The notes beneath the pieces were generated by a model. It did not search any database, was not told the DNA's origin, and was given only the letters and a program-made list of their open reading frames with translations. 64,000 nucleotides of DNA. Source: Tubiluchus corallicola. Lineage: Eukaryota; Animalia; Priapulida. Numbering within the stretch: position 1 is the first letter of the stretch; each line of letters starts with the position of its first letter. The stretch covers positions 124,001 through 188,000 of the forward strand of contig JAQGDQ010000214.1 of NCBI GenBank assembly GCA_030141605.1, in the 5' to 3' direction. The translations under genes were made by a program, and so were the position numbers. Positions 1-28,300 of the stretch are shown here, piece after piece.

Positions 1-51
1 AAATCGCCGTTTGTTCCTGTCATAAAAACAGCTGTGCTCATTTCAGTTACA

Positions 52-16669
<16,618 letters not shown>

Positions 16670-17262
16670 ATTTTAATTTAAAAATATTTTCCTATTTCAC
16701 ATGTTTTTAAGGCAGTTGTTGATAGAACATCTTTACAGTATCAGAAGCAACAATGCCACTATTGGCATTAGTCGTAAAATCGTTTGTTGTATTCTTCCTA
16801 AAAGATGACTTTCAGTGCGGATATTGTCGCCCTTTTCGTTTGCCGAATATGTGTGTGAACTCGCCTTAATACTGCTAGCAAGATGGCTTCTGAACTGCCA
16901 TCCCTCGTGGTTTATATTTTTATTGAAAAATATTTGGATTTATATTTTTTTATGAAACAGGCGCTTATTCTTACGTATTACTTTTTGCATTTATGAAGAT
17001 CGTGAATTTTAATGTCATGTATGTCTCATTGAAAACTCATTTACAATTGCGATATGTGATTCAATCATTGGTATATATTTTTCTACTTCAGTTTTCTATA
17101 CGAGTTGTTGTAATCATCTAACAGACCTACTGTTAATTAGTCAGTAATATCATATTTCAACCATAGCTTGCAAATCTTTTAGTTACCAGGTTACCAGTTT
17201 TATGGACCTGTGAGTAGATGATGAGTAATAATTTTATTATAATGCAAAATGTAATTTTTGTA

Positions 17263-17268
17263 AATAAA
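17263..17268 (+). promoter_or_regulatory. Candidate polyadenylation signal of paralogue 1
   Basis: AATAAA about 590 nt after the stop, followed by a GT-rich stretch (17290-17345). Confidence 0.5.
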
Positions 17269-17355
17269 AAGTATAACTAAAGATATCTCTGGGTTGGTCG
17301 GTAAGTGTTCCTGGTGTTCTATGTAGTGGTTTAGGTGTATACTGTGTGATCTGCT

Positions 17356-17728
17356 AAAAGGGGAAAAAAAGCAATTTTAAAGTATGTCCCCAAAAAATTC
17401 CAACACAGTTACATTACTTACCATTACACTTACCTGCTTGAAAGACTTATCTGACTAGAAAACAAAATTCTTAGGAATTTTGAATTTTTGTGCCAACTGG
17501 TAAAATGTCACTCACTTTACCAGTGTGCAATACTGATTCGCCAAAAAACATTTTTAATCTTACTGACAAGATACAGTAATATACTTTTGCTTAGTTAGTG
17601 AAGTGTGCGCTACGAATATTCTGATTATTTTTTAAAACTTTACACAATGTTATCTAAACTGGTTTCAATTAAATGTCAAAACGTGGAATCTTTTCTAGCT
17701 TTGTGCAAGTAAAAGGTTTTCTTGTGCT
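17356..17728 (+). mobile_element. Kolobok-like MITE, family D partial copy
   Basis: Shares CTTACCTGCT.GAAAGACTTAT, AGATACAGTAAT, GCTACGAAT and the TTTTCTTGTGCT|TTAA end with 14870-15504. Confidence 0.75.
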
Positions 17729-18199
17729 TTAAATTACTCACAGCATTGCTTAATATGCATGTCAGCGATTGATAAGCGTACAAAAACTTAAGCTTCCTGA
17801 GGACAGACAAATGGAAGAAAGAAAAGGAAAGACTGAGGTGAGTATTATTTGTTTCAGCTATTTGAATAAAAGTTTATAAAGAATAAACAATGAATGAGTT
17901 ATAAAATAATTATGATCAGTTTGCTGCCGTAATGCTGATTTCTTCTTCCCTGGAGATCTGAGAAGTTGTTGCCGACTTAAGTTTCTTGTACTGACGTGGA
18001 CTACGATCCAAACTTATAAACATGCGAAGCATGAGCACAAAACCCATAAAAAACAACAAAAAACACTTGATAAACTGTACTTTATGCAATATATAATACG
18101 GACATATATATATTATACGGACATGTTTAAAATATCTGAACTCAACGCAGTTGAATACTTCAGAGATTTCAAATCAATTAACTTCAGCTTTTTAAACGC

Positions 18200-19460
18200 T
18201 CAAATAGGTGAGAAAAAATATTGGAAACTAAGCTATGATTTATTATAAGTATTACGCAAAGTACTTTCAATAAGTTAACACATGAACATAAAGATGTAAA
18301 ATTATAAAAACGATTTTCATATTTTTGTCTGATTTTTTTTACATGCGGGGCATTCAAACACGAAGTAGTGTTCACCCTCTATTGGGTTTCGAATGTTATC
18401 TCCACTACTGATACAGAAGGAATAGAATCTTTCGTTTTCTTGTTAGTTTATATATATCTGCCTTTTTTAATTTGTAGGTCATGATCGCTTATTCTGAGTT
18501 TTGTTACATTACGTCTGTGTTGCTTATTAGTTATAGTTTGAAGGTGTGGCTCTACATGGTATGTGTACGAGTTTCTGTAAAATCTTAACTCATTCTTTCC
18601 TCCTACTTTTTTGTTGTCATTAAATATTTCCTGAAAATAGCATTTTGTAGCCTGCTTACAGATTTTTCTGAAATTCATTAGTTTTTTGATTAAACGAAGA
18701 GTTACTTCCTTTATAAAGGCTTCCTACTTCCCCGTGTTTGTCAAAGAAGACCCAGTTGGCAGAAAAGTTGCTGGGGGTGTCTAGATGTACAAAGAGATGT
18801 TTGAGAAGTGTATGCAAGGAACTGAAAGGCCATATTTAAAGGTCATTTGCAGCTTTTAGTAGGATTGGAGACAGTCCTAGTTCTGCTTTGCAAGCTACAT
18901 TTGAGGCAGTAGAGCGAACACCAAGGGCCCATTTTGCAAATTTGTTTAATACATGTTGAAAGGGGAAGCGGTTCCAGGTTTTGAGTATTTTTTCTGTGTC
19001 CTGATTATTTATCTTATTTAATTTTGCTGTATAGGTAGATGACCCGATTTCACATCCATAAATGGCTATTGGTGCTACAATGGTATCACAAATATATTAG
19101 TGTGGTGATGGGAAAACTGCAATTGAGTATTAAAGATTGTAATTTAAATAAAGATCTGATGCTTTGCTTTCTCATTGTTTCCGTGCGTTTTGTATGTGTT
19201 CCCGTGTTTGTAAAATAGACGCCTAAATATTTAGAGTGCTTTTCATTTGATATGGAATTTGAGTTACATTTGAATATGTGGCTAGAAGTTTTTCCCAAAT
19301 ATCACAATTTTTGTTTTCTTATAGTTAATCCGAAGAAGATTTAATGATGCAAAGTCTGATGATCATATTTTGCCATCTTCCCTTTGACTTACTAAAAACA
19401 AGCAGATCATCAGCATATTGCAAGCATATTCTTGTCATGAATGGGGTCAGCATGACAGCA
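18200..19460 (-). mobile_element. Degenerate 5'-truncated non-LTR retrotransposon (L2/Crack/CR1-like) ORF2 fragment
   Basis: Minus-strand fragments in order: CLQYADDLLVF (RT catalytic motif, ~19400-19427), KYLGVYF, YGCEIG, FAKWALGVRSTASNVACKAELG, KLRISDHDLQIKKGRY; broken by stops and frameshifts. Confidence 0.85.
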
Positions 19461-20562
19461 ATTTATTATTTTGTTTGTTTTATGGTAATTGTTAGTTGAT
19501 GTTTAATGTTAAATGTGATGGACCCACATTTTGTCCATTATTAAAAGATACATGACATTGGTGTATAGCTAACGTTTATTAAAAAAGAGAAATATAGGGC
19601 TTGAAAGGAAAATACGTTCGTTTGCTACAAATACTTCGTTATTTCCCAACTGGTATCACAACTGAGGGTAACCGAGATCCATACTTGCCCTACGTAGGAC
19701 TGGCCGCCGTCTATAAAATAAATTTCTAGACTACCTGCTATGCGGCTAACTGAAGTTTGCAATTATATGTGTACTTGTTTATGCTTCCTCGACAGTTTGT
19801 CCGCATTACCAAAACAGTGACTTGATTGCTTCTTAAGCTGTCTAGGTACTAGTTAATTTACTGAAATAACTATACCTTGGAGATTGTGGGCGTATCAAAC
19901 TTCTACATAGGTGTAGCTGAGTTCACTCTGAACTTATATGTAAATGTGAGATTGTTGCTGAAACTGTAACAAGTATATAGAAACCTTTAAAAAGGTGATA
20001 TCGCAAAGGAGCGAGGTAAAGAAATCTTTCAGGAGTTATAAAATCCAAAATTTTTCATCTGGAATAATGTTATATGCTTATCAATTGCAAATTGAAAGTA
20101 GGACGTTTGACAGAAAAATCAGAAGGTTGCCTAAAAGACATCCGAATTCCTTATTAAAACTAAACTATAATGGTAAACGTTGTGCCAACTAATTAAAATA
20201 AATCTGGCACAGTGCGATACCAATAAAATATATTTTGCCGGGTTGTTCTAGTAGCGTCTAGTTGGAAAAACGACAAAACTGTTAGTTTGATCTGATATAA
20301 AAAAATATCTTTGCTGCCCTGATTACTCACGTTCGAGTGACTTCAGTATCATTGATGCTTGTGCAAGTTATTACCTATATGTCACTTGCCGAACGTTTAT
20401 TCGTACTGTTTACTTAATAAAAAAGTACATACTTCTCTTTTATGCACACATTTCCTGTGGACAGATTGCTCGCACTATTTGACTAAATATTTACAGTGCA
20501 AGTGTAAACCATGAACTTGATTTATTGCGAACACACCGGCTATGCGAACTCAAAAAAGAACA

Positions 20563-20757
20563 ATCATTTCATTCATTCCTCCATTCATTCGTTCATTTTT
20601 TCGTTCATTCATTCATTCATTTTTTTCGTCCATTCATTCATTTTTCGTTCACTCATTCATTCATTCATTCATTCATTCATTTTTTCGTTCATTCATTTAT
20701 TTATTCATTTTTTCGTTCATTCATTCATTTTTTCGTTCGTTCATTCATTCATTTATT
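20563..20757. repeat. (TTCA)n microsatellite with TTTTTCG interruptions
   Basis: Direct reading; intergenic. Confidence 0.95.
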
Positions 20758-21372
20758 TAACTATTTAAAATAGCTTTGAATACAGCGTACTCGATTATTG
20801 AGTAGTTATTATGGCCCTTTCGTCGGCCCATTACTATGTACTAATAAGTTTTTGTTGTATACTTTACATTTGCCAATCGTTTGCAAACAAATTCATTTAC
20901 TGTTAATTCTTGGTGCTAAAATTGACTGACGTGTGCCTCAGATTACGTGTTACGCACACTTCAGTGTGAAACATTCATTAATTTTTAATTAATTTTTATT
21001 GAAATAACATTAATAGATTTAATTGCATTTGATACACTGCAAAGTAGATGATACTTGATAGCATCTTCTAAAAGTACTTTACATCCTTTAGTTACTCTTA
21101 TTTGTGCATTTTATTATTACTACCGGCAGTAGTACGTATGATTAGCCGCGCATGTTTATAGAGTACATCTGTTATAGAGTAGGCCGAGTCTCTAGCAGGT
21201 TCGCTATAATGACCTTATACTGTATAAGCCTTTTTCACGTTTCTAAACGTGCCACGAATTTTTCCAAACTTCGTGCTAGGATACACCAAACGATTAATAT
21301 AGTTTTCTCCAAATACATAACAAAGTTTAGATTTTATAAACTGTATTACAAAAATACGGAAGGATTGTTTAA

Positions 21373-21880
21373 AGGAAGACAGGATGATTTTTCCATATGC
21401 TACCCCATTTTCAAGTCAATGTATACATTTTAACACAACTAATACTGCGAAAGCGTTTCTTATAATTAAATAATAGATCAAAAACTTAATTAATGGCCCG
21501 CGAGCCCAACTATTAATAACATCACAAACTAACATAATTTTCAATAGTAGAAATATTCTACGAGCGTGTTGAACGTATTTGCGAAAGCAAAAATTGAAGT
21601 ACAGTGCTACTGTAAGACATTCAGTGTGTTGTTCAAATTTGTTGATGTTCTCACGCATGAGCTGTCGAACGTATGTAGTTCGTCACAAACTAACACATTT
21701 GAACTGAAAGGCACTTTCTGCAGTGGGCTTCCGAAATGCAGGCGCTAATGCCCGTCAAACTAGCGAATGGCGAAATGCATGTAACAGCGAAGAACTAGTG
21801 GCGCGAACGTAAAATTGTGTTTATGTGGTAATAACTCTTTCACGAAGTCATTTTTGAGAAAAAAACAGTAACTTCCTTGC
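21373..21880 (+). mobile_element. Kolobok-like MITE, family B copy 3 (3'-truncated)
   Basis: TTAA|AGGAAGACAGGATGATTTTTC; internal GCGAAAGC.AAAATTGAAGTACAGTG and CGCATGAGCTGTCGAA shared with 7563-8178. Confidence 0.8.
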
Positions 21881-22311
21881 TTGCATACGTGACCAGAACT
21901 GACAACAAGTCTTTGTCTGGTATTAACAATTATGTTACTCAGGCACGCCATGTAGAGTTCGCACAACTGCGTAATCGCATATCAATGTTTTAATACTATT
22001 TCCTATGGAAGGCCTGGCTTCAGTTTACGACGTATCGCTTAACGTCACATGTACATGAGAACGCGTAGGCGCTATTGAGCGGCGACGCATCACTGAATAA
22101 CTGAAATACTTTTTGGCTGTTTAAGAACTAGGTTAGACGACTTACACTGTTTACAAACGCGGCTACTTTCAAGAGTGTGACCATAGACATAGTCCTAATC
22201 TGTCTTGTGAAGTATCAATAATCAACAAACTCACTTCCCATATATAATGTACTTGCCATGATCAAAGTTCACACGATCCTACTATGCCAATTAAACAAAG
22301 GAAGGCCATAT

Positions 22312-22317
22312 TATAAA
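22312..22317 (+). promoter_or_regulatory. Candidate TATA box of paralogue 2
   Basis: TATAAA about 80 nt upstream of the ATG; weak evidence in AT-rich DNA. Confidence 0.3.
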
Positions 22318-22393
22318 TTTATATACAAGACGGTGCAGTTGACGTTACTTTTAACAAATTCAGACTGATACAATAAAGAATAAAGACGGCGCT

Positions 22394-25300
22394 ATGAAAG
22401 TCATTCTCTTGTTTCTTGTCTTTTCTTTGCTCTTATTGAATCGCGCGTCAGTCTCCGATGGTCAAGACTTTGCAAAGATACGGAATAGCCTTCAGGAAAA
22501 AAAAGCTCTGAGAGAAAATTTGCTGAGGTTCAGCGAGACTTTGGGATCCGTTCAAGGCATTAGGAATTTTGTCAAAGAGCATGAAGATGTTCTGAGGGAG
22601 GCGCTTTTTAATGATACTGTTGTTAGCGGAGCCTGTCTCGACAGTGTTCTTGCAGTTGCCGATGGAATAGACAAAGGGCAGTTGTGGGCCTTAGAATGTA
22701 AGTAATTACTGATGTCGAGAGATTTCGCAAATGTTTTGAAATTTAAACATATGATTTCATTATACTAACCTGTAATTTTTCCGATCCAGTGGTAAAAACT
22801 TTTGATTTTTCAGACTTAGAAGTAAATAAGCTTGTAATAATACAGGTTCGCTGGCAAAACGTGTGCAGTTTTTCATTATTAGCGGGGAGAACGTTTGTAT
22901 CGTTGCTAGTTTTACAGTGGTGCACAAGGAAGCCCCGAAGTAGCTTTGCACTGCCCACAGTTACTATTAAATTTAGTAAATATTTTAGTCCTGTATCAAA
23001 CATAATTAATTATTTAGGAAAATCAGTCGGAAAAATTCAATACCGAGTCGCAGTTTTTTCTTTCTTGCATTTTAAGTAATGACTGTAATGTTTTTGTGAC
23101 TTTTTGTGACTATATTATAATTTGTCATTATAACGAAGGCTGCGCCGTAATTTGGCATCCTGCAGAGGCGTGTGCCACATAGGAACAAAGTTAACTATCA
23201 CGTTTCTTTTTAAGTGGGCAACTTTGACTTCGGATAATCTGTGACGTGTTATAATATTCATTTAGCTTGAATTATACAGTTTATTATAACTGATATATAA
23301 CCGATATAGATTATCCCCAATATACAATACAAAAATGTACAATTTAAGATTTAAATTTAAAGTTAACATTGATTAGTATAGTACCATACTCTTGAAAATA
23401 ACAAAACGAGACTGTGAATATTGACTGGATTATCATAGTGTACGTAATATATACAGTACGAACAAAATTAACAGTTGGTAAATGAAACTTTCTCTCAAAA
23501 GATTAGTTAAAAATTATCAGTTTCGGAAACGCTTTGTGCAAATAATAAAACCCTGAATTAACTGAATGGTCAAACAGTTGATCTCACAGGTTTTAAGCGT
23601 GCTTTCGTACGAAGAAGATTTGTAAAACCATTATGTTACAGTTCATAAACATTAATTGGACTGCCGTTCGATCATAACGGAGGCAGGACGGATAATACTG
23701 CGGCTTAACTTATGCTGCATGTTTTTACTTAGGCCAACCAAACGCTTCAGCTAAAACAAAATTTAAATCATGGAGTTGAAATAACCATTTTTTTTATTAA
23801 ACTTATACATCTGCACAATCAGCTTATCCAAATTTCGACTCTACATGAAAGGATTCAGCCGGCCCATTTGCGCCAATAGACCAGAGCTGGAAGAGACACG
23901 CTGCTGTAAATGACACCCACAACTAACAAGGATCTACAGTAGACCTTCCATTTTTATAAGCTCAGGTGTGCACGTGAATGGTAGCTCTTACTAACACAAG
24001 GTCAGAATACGATTCTGTTCTAGATAAAGCCATGTGCACATGCTTACCTGAGGAGTCCACTGTATTCTCTTGACAGCATTAAATTTGTATTTCTTTAATT
24101 TAGATTTTATTAATTTAATTTTAAAATGAACTTACTCCAGCTCTGAGCGCAATATTATTAAAGGTCAATCTTTATTTGACATTGTCGAGCATCAATGTTA
24201 TAGATAGGTTAAAAAGAGGACATTTTAATAAAAGTTTTTCTTGTGTCTCAAAACACGAGACCCATCACTATTAACATAGCTCGTCGAAAATAAGTCAGAA
24301 TTCAGCCGAGTAAATCCAATACGCGTAGGCGTGTGATAGATTAAAACCGGCCGTTTGCCATATAGTATTATGATGTACATTGAAGTATTTTTTGCACTTC
24401 CTTTTTGAACACCGTCAGATCACGCAGATTTGCAGGTGAAAACATTCCAGTAATTTATGGTTGTCACAAAAAATGTTTTCTCAAACGTAGCTGATCCAAT
24501 ATCAAACTTTCTATAATTATTATCATTTTGTATATGTATAATACGTTAAGCCTATAACGTGCTATCAATCGGTGAACAAAATAAACTTGTTGCTGTTATA
24601 CTATAGAATATAGTTCCATGTTGTTCTCAGATCTTGATTCATGGGGGAAACCTCCAGCTGGAATACTGCAGGGAGCTACTAACTGGATTGGCGACTATGA
24701 CCAGTGCATGGGTATTGAAAGGCAACCAACTGCCGAAGAGAATTCTACTACCTTTGGTCCGCAAAGCTGTCTGGCGTACTTAGGCCCTTCGGAATATTTG
24801 ATAACATATGGGGTGTGTGCCCCAGATTCGTGCAGTCCTGCCCAGATTGCAGCCTTGGTTACTGTAGGTAAGCTTGTCTCTAAAGTATTCTGATATTAAT
24901 TAATTAAAATTATTTAAATTTAAATTTGATTAATTTAAAATTTAGAAATAGAGAGCATTAATATAGTGTAGTAGTGTTGTTGTTTTCTCTTGTGGGCTAT
25001 TCACTCGTGCATATACTGATGCGCATCTTCATTTGCGATCTATAATCAAAAGTACTACTACTGATGAGCAAATATATGCTGCCACCTGTAGTTCATATTG
25101 TTTGTTTTTGTAACTTGACCCAATTTTAATCTACGTTGTTTGCCTTGGTCTTTATTTATATGGCAATGTGTTGAAACATTTCCTGCATCATCAGAAATGG
25201 TCCACATTTTGGATTAAAGCCGTTCCAAATGATAATAGTTAGACTTAAGACCAATTTCACTGTGATGACACAAGGAAAAATGAAGCACAGAGTGTTGTCA

Positions 25301-28300
25301 GAAAATCAGAAAATATTTGGATAATTTTCGGTTTTTTCTCAAAATCCCATGCATCAAGAAAGTTGATTTCACAGTGAAACCGCGAGGTGTTTTTCCGCGC
25401 GTCCAATTAGCTGCAGCTAGTTTCCAGTTTTATACTGTGTAATTATGTCCAAATTAAGTTATACTTGCTGAATTTTTCATAAACAAAGTGTAATTAATTA
25501 TATTAGTCAATGTAACGCAGACCTATTTGTTTTTTTTAGTAAAGTTCTACTAACACTTCAAAATCTGAAAAATACAGATGTATAAATAAATATATACGTG
25601 CGTTATTTTTCTTTTTCATGAATCTAGCCATCGATGTTGTATTAATAAAACACAAAATAGTCTGTTAAAAGAAAGATTAAATTTTATAATTTTATGCTGA
25701 AATGTGTTAATTGTTGTTTGTCAAATAGGAAAGAAGTAACTGAGAGTTAAATTTCAGAATGAATTCCGCGAGAATTCTTCACGAAAATGGAACATGCACT
25801 ATTTCTATCATGTGGCTAAATTCCTCACGAGAAGGACGCATAGCTTCTAGCTAGCAGCAGAATTCCTCACGAGGAATTGCACGAGGAATTTTGCTGCACG
25901 TCCTCACTGTGAAATGCACCATAGAAAACAATGTGTTTCATTTTCGTAAGGATGCCGCGTGGAATTTCTCACGAGGAGAACGCATAGCTCTTGTTGGCAG
26001 CTGAGTACTTCACGAGGAATTTTCCTGCGCGTCTCACTGTGAAATGGGCCTAATTCGTAATCTTAGTTAGGTGTATGCACGGAAAGGATTAGAACACCAA
26101 CAAAATGCCAGACTGTTAGTTACAAAAGATGTTGCATAGTTAAAGCACTTTACCTTTGATAGAAGCCATTGATAAAATTAAAAATCATACAATTATAGAG
26201 TATTCATTTAAAATGCTTTATTTCGTTGGAAGTAAAGCACATGTAGATAGAAAATTTTTTCGTGCAGTTTTGAAAATTTGGCCTATTATTAAATATCAAC
26301 ATTTAAAAGAGAATCAATATTATTTTGATTACATGACTTTCTATTGTTTTAGTGAGGAACATAAACGGAGATGATCTCTTAGGGCTAAAATGGGTCTTGT
26401 GCCAAGAGGAAATGAAATTTGACGGTTTGGCTATCGCTGCTTGGTAAATATTAGTAAATGCATTTGCGACGTCACAGTAGTTCTCGTTTAGAATTCGTAT
26501 TAAAACTATAGTAGAGTTCATTTTGTACACCTTTTTGGTTTTTAGCCTAGTAATATTCCGTTCACTTTTGTTCACGTGTTGGGTTTGGGTTCCTGCCTTT
26601 TTCTGCTATACCTTTCCCATTCCCATTTCGCGCCTCCTTTGAAGGGTCTCCTTTGTATATCGCATTCAACGGTCCGGATGGCTTTTGGGGGTCGCTTACG
26701 TTACAGTTTAAGCTGGTATAAAAGGAAGACCCTTTTCGCAGCAAATTTGTCATCTGTAGTCTACTAGATTGAGATAGTCAGCAAGTCAGGTTGTTATTAA
26801 TTATTATCTCAATCAAAGTGAGACAAAGATCCATTTGCTGTGTTACTAAATATCTGTCAAACCTTTTTGTAAAAAAAGGATGTAGCCCATATGAGAGGAT
26901 TCTCTGGAGTGCAGGCACACAGAGTTATCGGAATCTGGTTGTGTGAGAACGTTTAGTGGATTACTGGTGCTCGGCCCAAATAAAAACAGTTATACACATT
27001 CACTTCGCCTCTTTAATACACCGCAGGACGTCACAATGTTACATAATCTTGATCCGGAAAATGGAATGAACGCCTAATTAGTCTGATGCCCCTGAATATA
27101 AATGGCCGCATTACATGTAGTAATTAGTTGGTGAGCTTGGTATTTTTATGGTATCAGGCGCCGAAATCAGGTGTAAAAACCACCCAAATTTAGCATTGCG
27201 ACTTTTCACCACAGTCTTGCAGAGCAAATTAGACAAAATTCGCTCTACACGCGATAAATACTTAAATATTCTTCCTGAACTTCTAAAAGCAATTAAAAAT
27301 CAGCAACTTACGTTTTGTGAATCATGAATAGAATACTAAAAAAGAAACTTAATTAATTACTGTGTGGAGGCTAAATCAATTGTTTATAAAAAGCTTATTG
27401 AAAATCAATTAAGTGAACAAGACATGGCAAATGTTTATATGGTATTAGAAATTTTGGGCTGTTTATGCAAACTATGCCATATTCCACTGTCACATTCTGA
27501 ACCAACAGAAATTTCAAATTATTTATGTGCGCTGTAAATATTGTAATCACCTGCCAATTAACCATTCTTGTTATTTGTTAACAACTATGTAAATTAAATA
27601 TGTATTATGGTAAAGTGATATTATACGAATAAAATGCTAATATCTGAAATCAGAATTAACATAATCTAAAAATTATGGCAAAAAAATTAGCAAAATATAT
27701 TAAAATAATAATATTAATAATAATAATGCCATAGGCTTTTAATAGGCAAGGACGTGTGAAGAGAAGTGCAATTTCTCAGGCAGTCAGTTAACCTTAGAAT
27801 TTGGGAAAACAGTGGTCGGACAAATTAAAGATGAAACTGGGATCCTAATTTTTGTTAATTAATGCCGTTTGGTACATTCTGGTCTCGCTTTATATTGAAC
27901 GCATTTTTGTCCGACACCTAAAAACGTAGCGCCTAAGTAAATAAATCGTGCGTCCTTACTTTTTCTTTAAGAGCTGAAACTGTTTTTTTTGTACACTGCT
28001 TAATTTATGTAAATGCATGTCAGATAGAACTATCTGAACAGAAGAACACAATAACAAATTTGGTATTACAAGTTTTTTTTTTATTTTCAGTGTCCTTTCT
28101 GGAGTATTCGCTGTTATTATTGCTGTTGGAACAGTTCTTGATGTTTATTATCGGTCCTTAAAAAAATCGGCTAGCGAAAGAAACAAAGTTAAATCAGCTG
28201 AGCAACTTGACGTCAAACAGACAGCAAATGCAACATCGAAAACGGCAAACAAAAATTTGAAAGTAATTTTAAAAGCCGTAAAGGTTGGTAAAGAGAGCGA

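Noticed and set aside
34-51. GTG start for paralogue 1 from the ORF track
   Set aside because: Eukaryotic gene; the in-frame ATG at 52 directly precedes the signal-peptide-like segment.
20511-20773. Three overlapping His/Ser/Phe/Ile-rich ORFs
   Set aside because: Translations of the (TTCA)n repeat.
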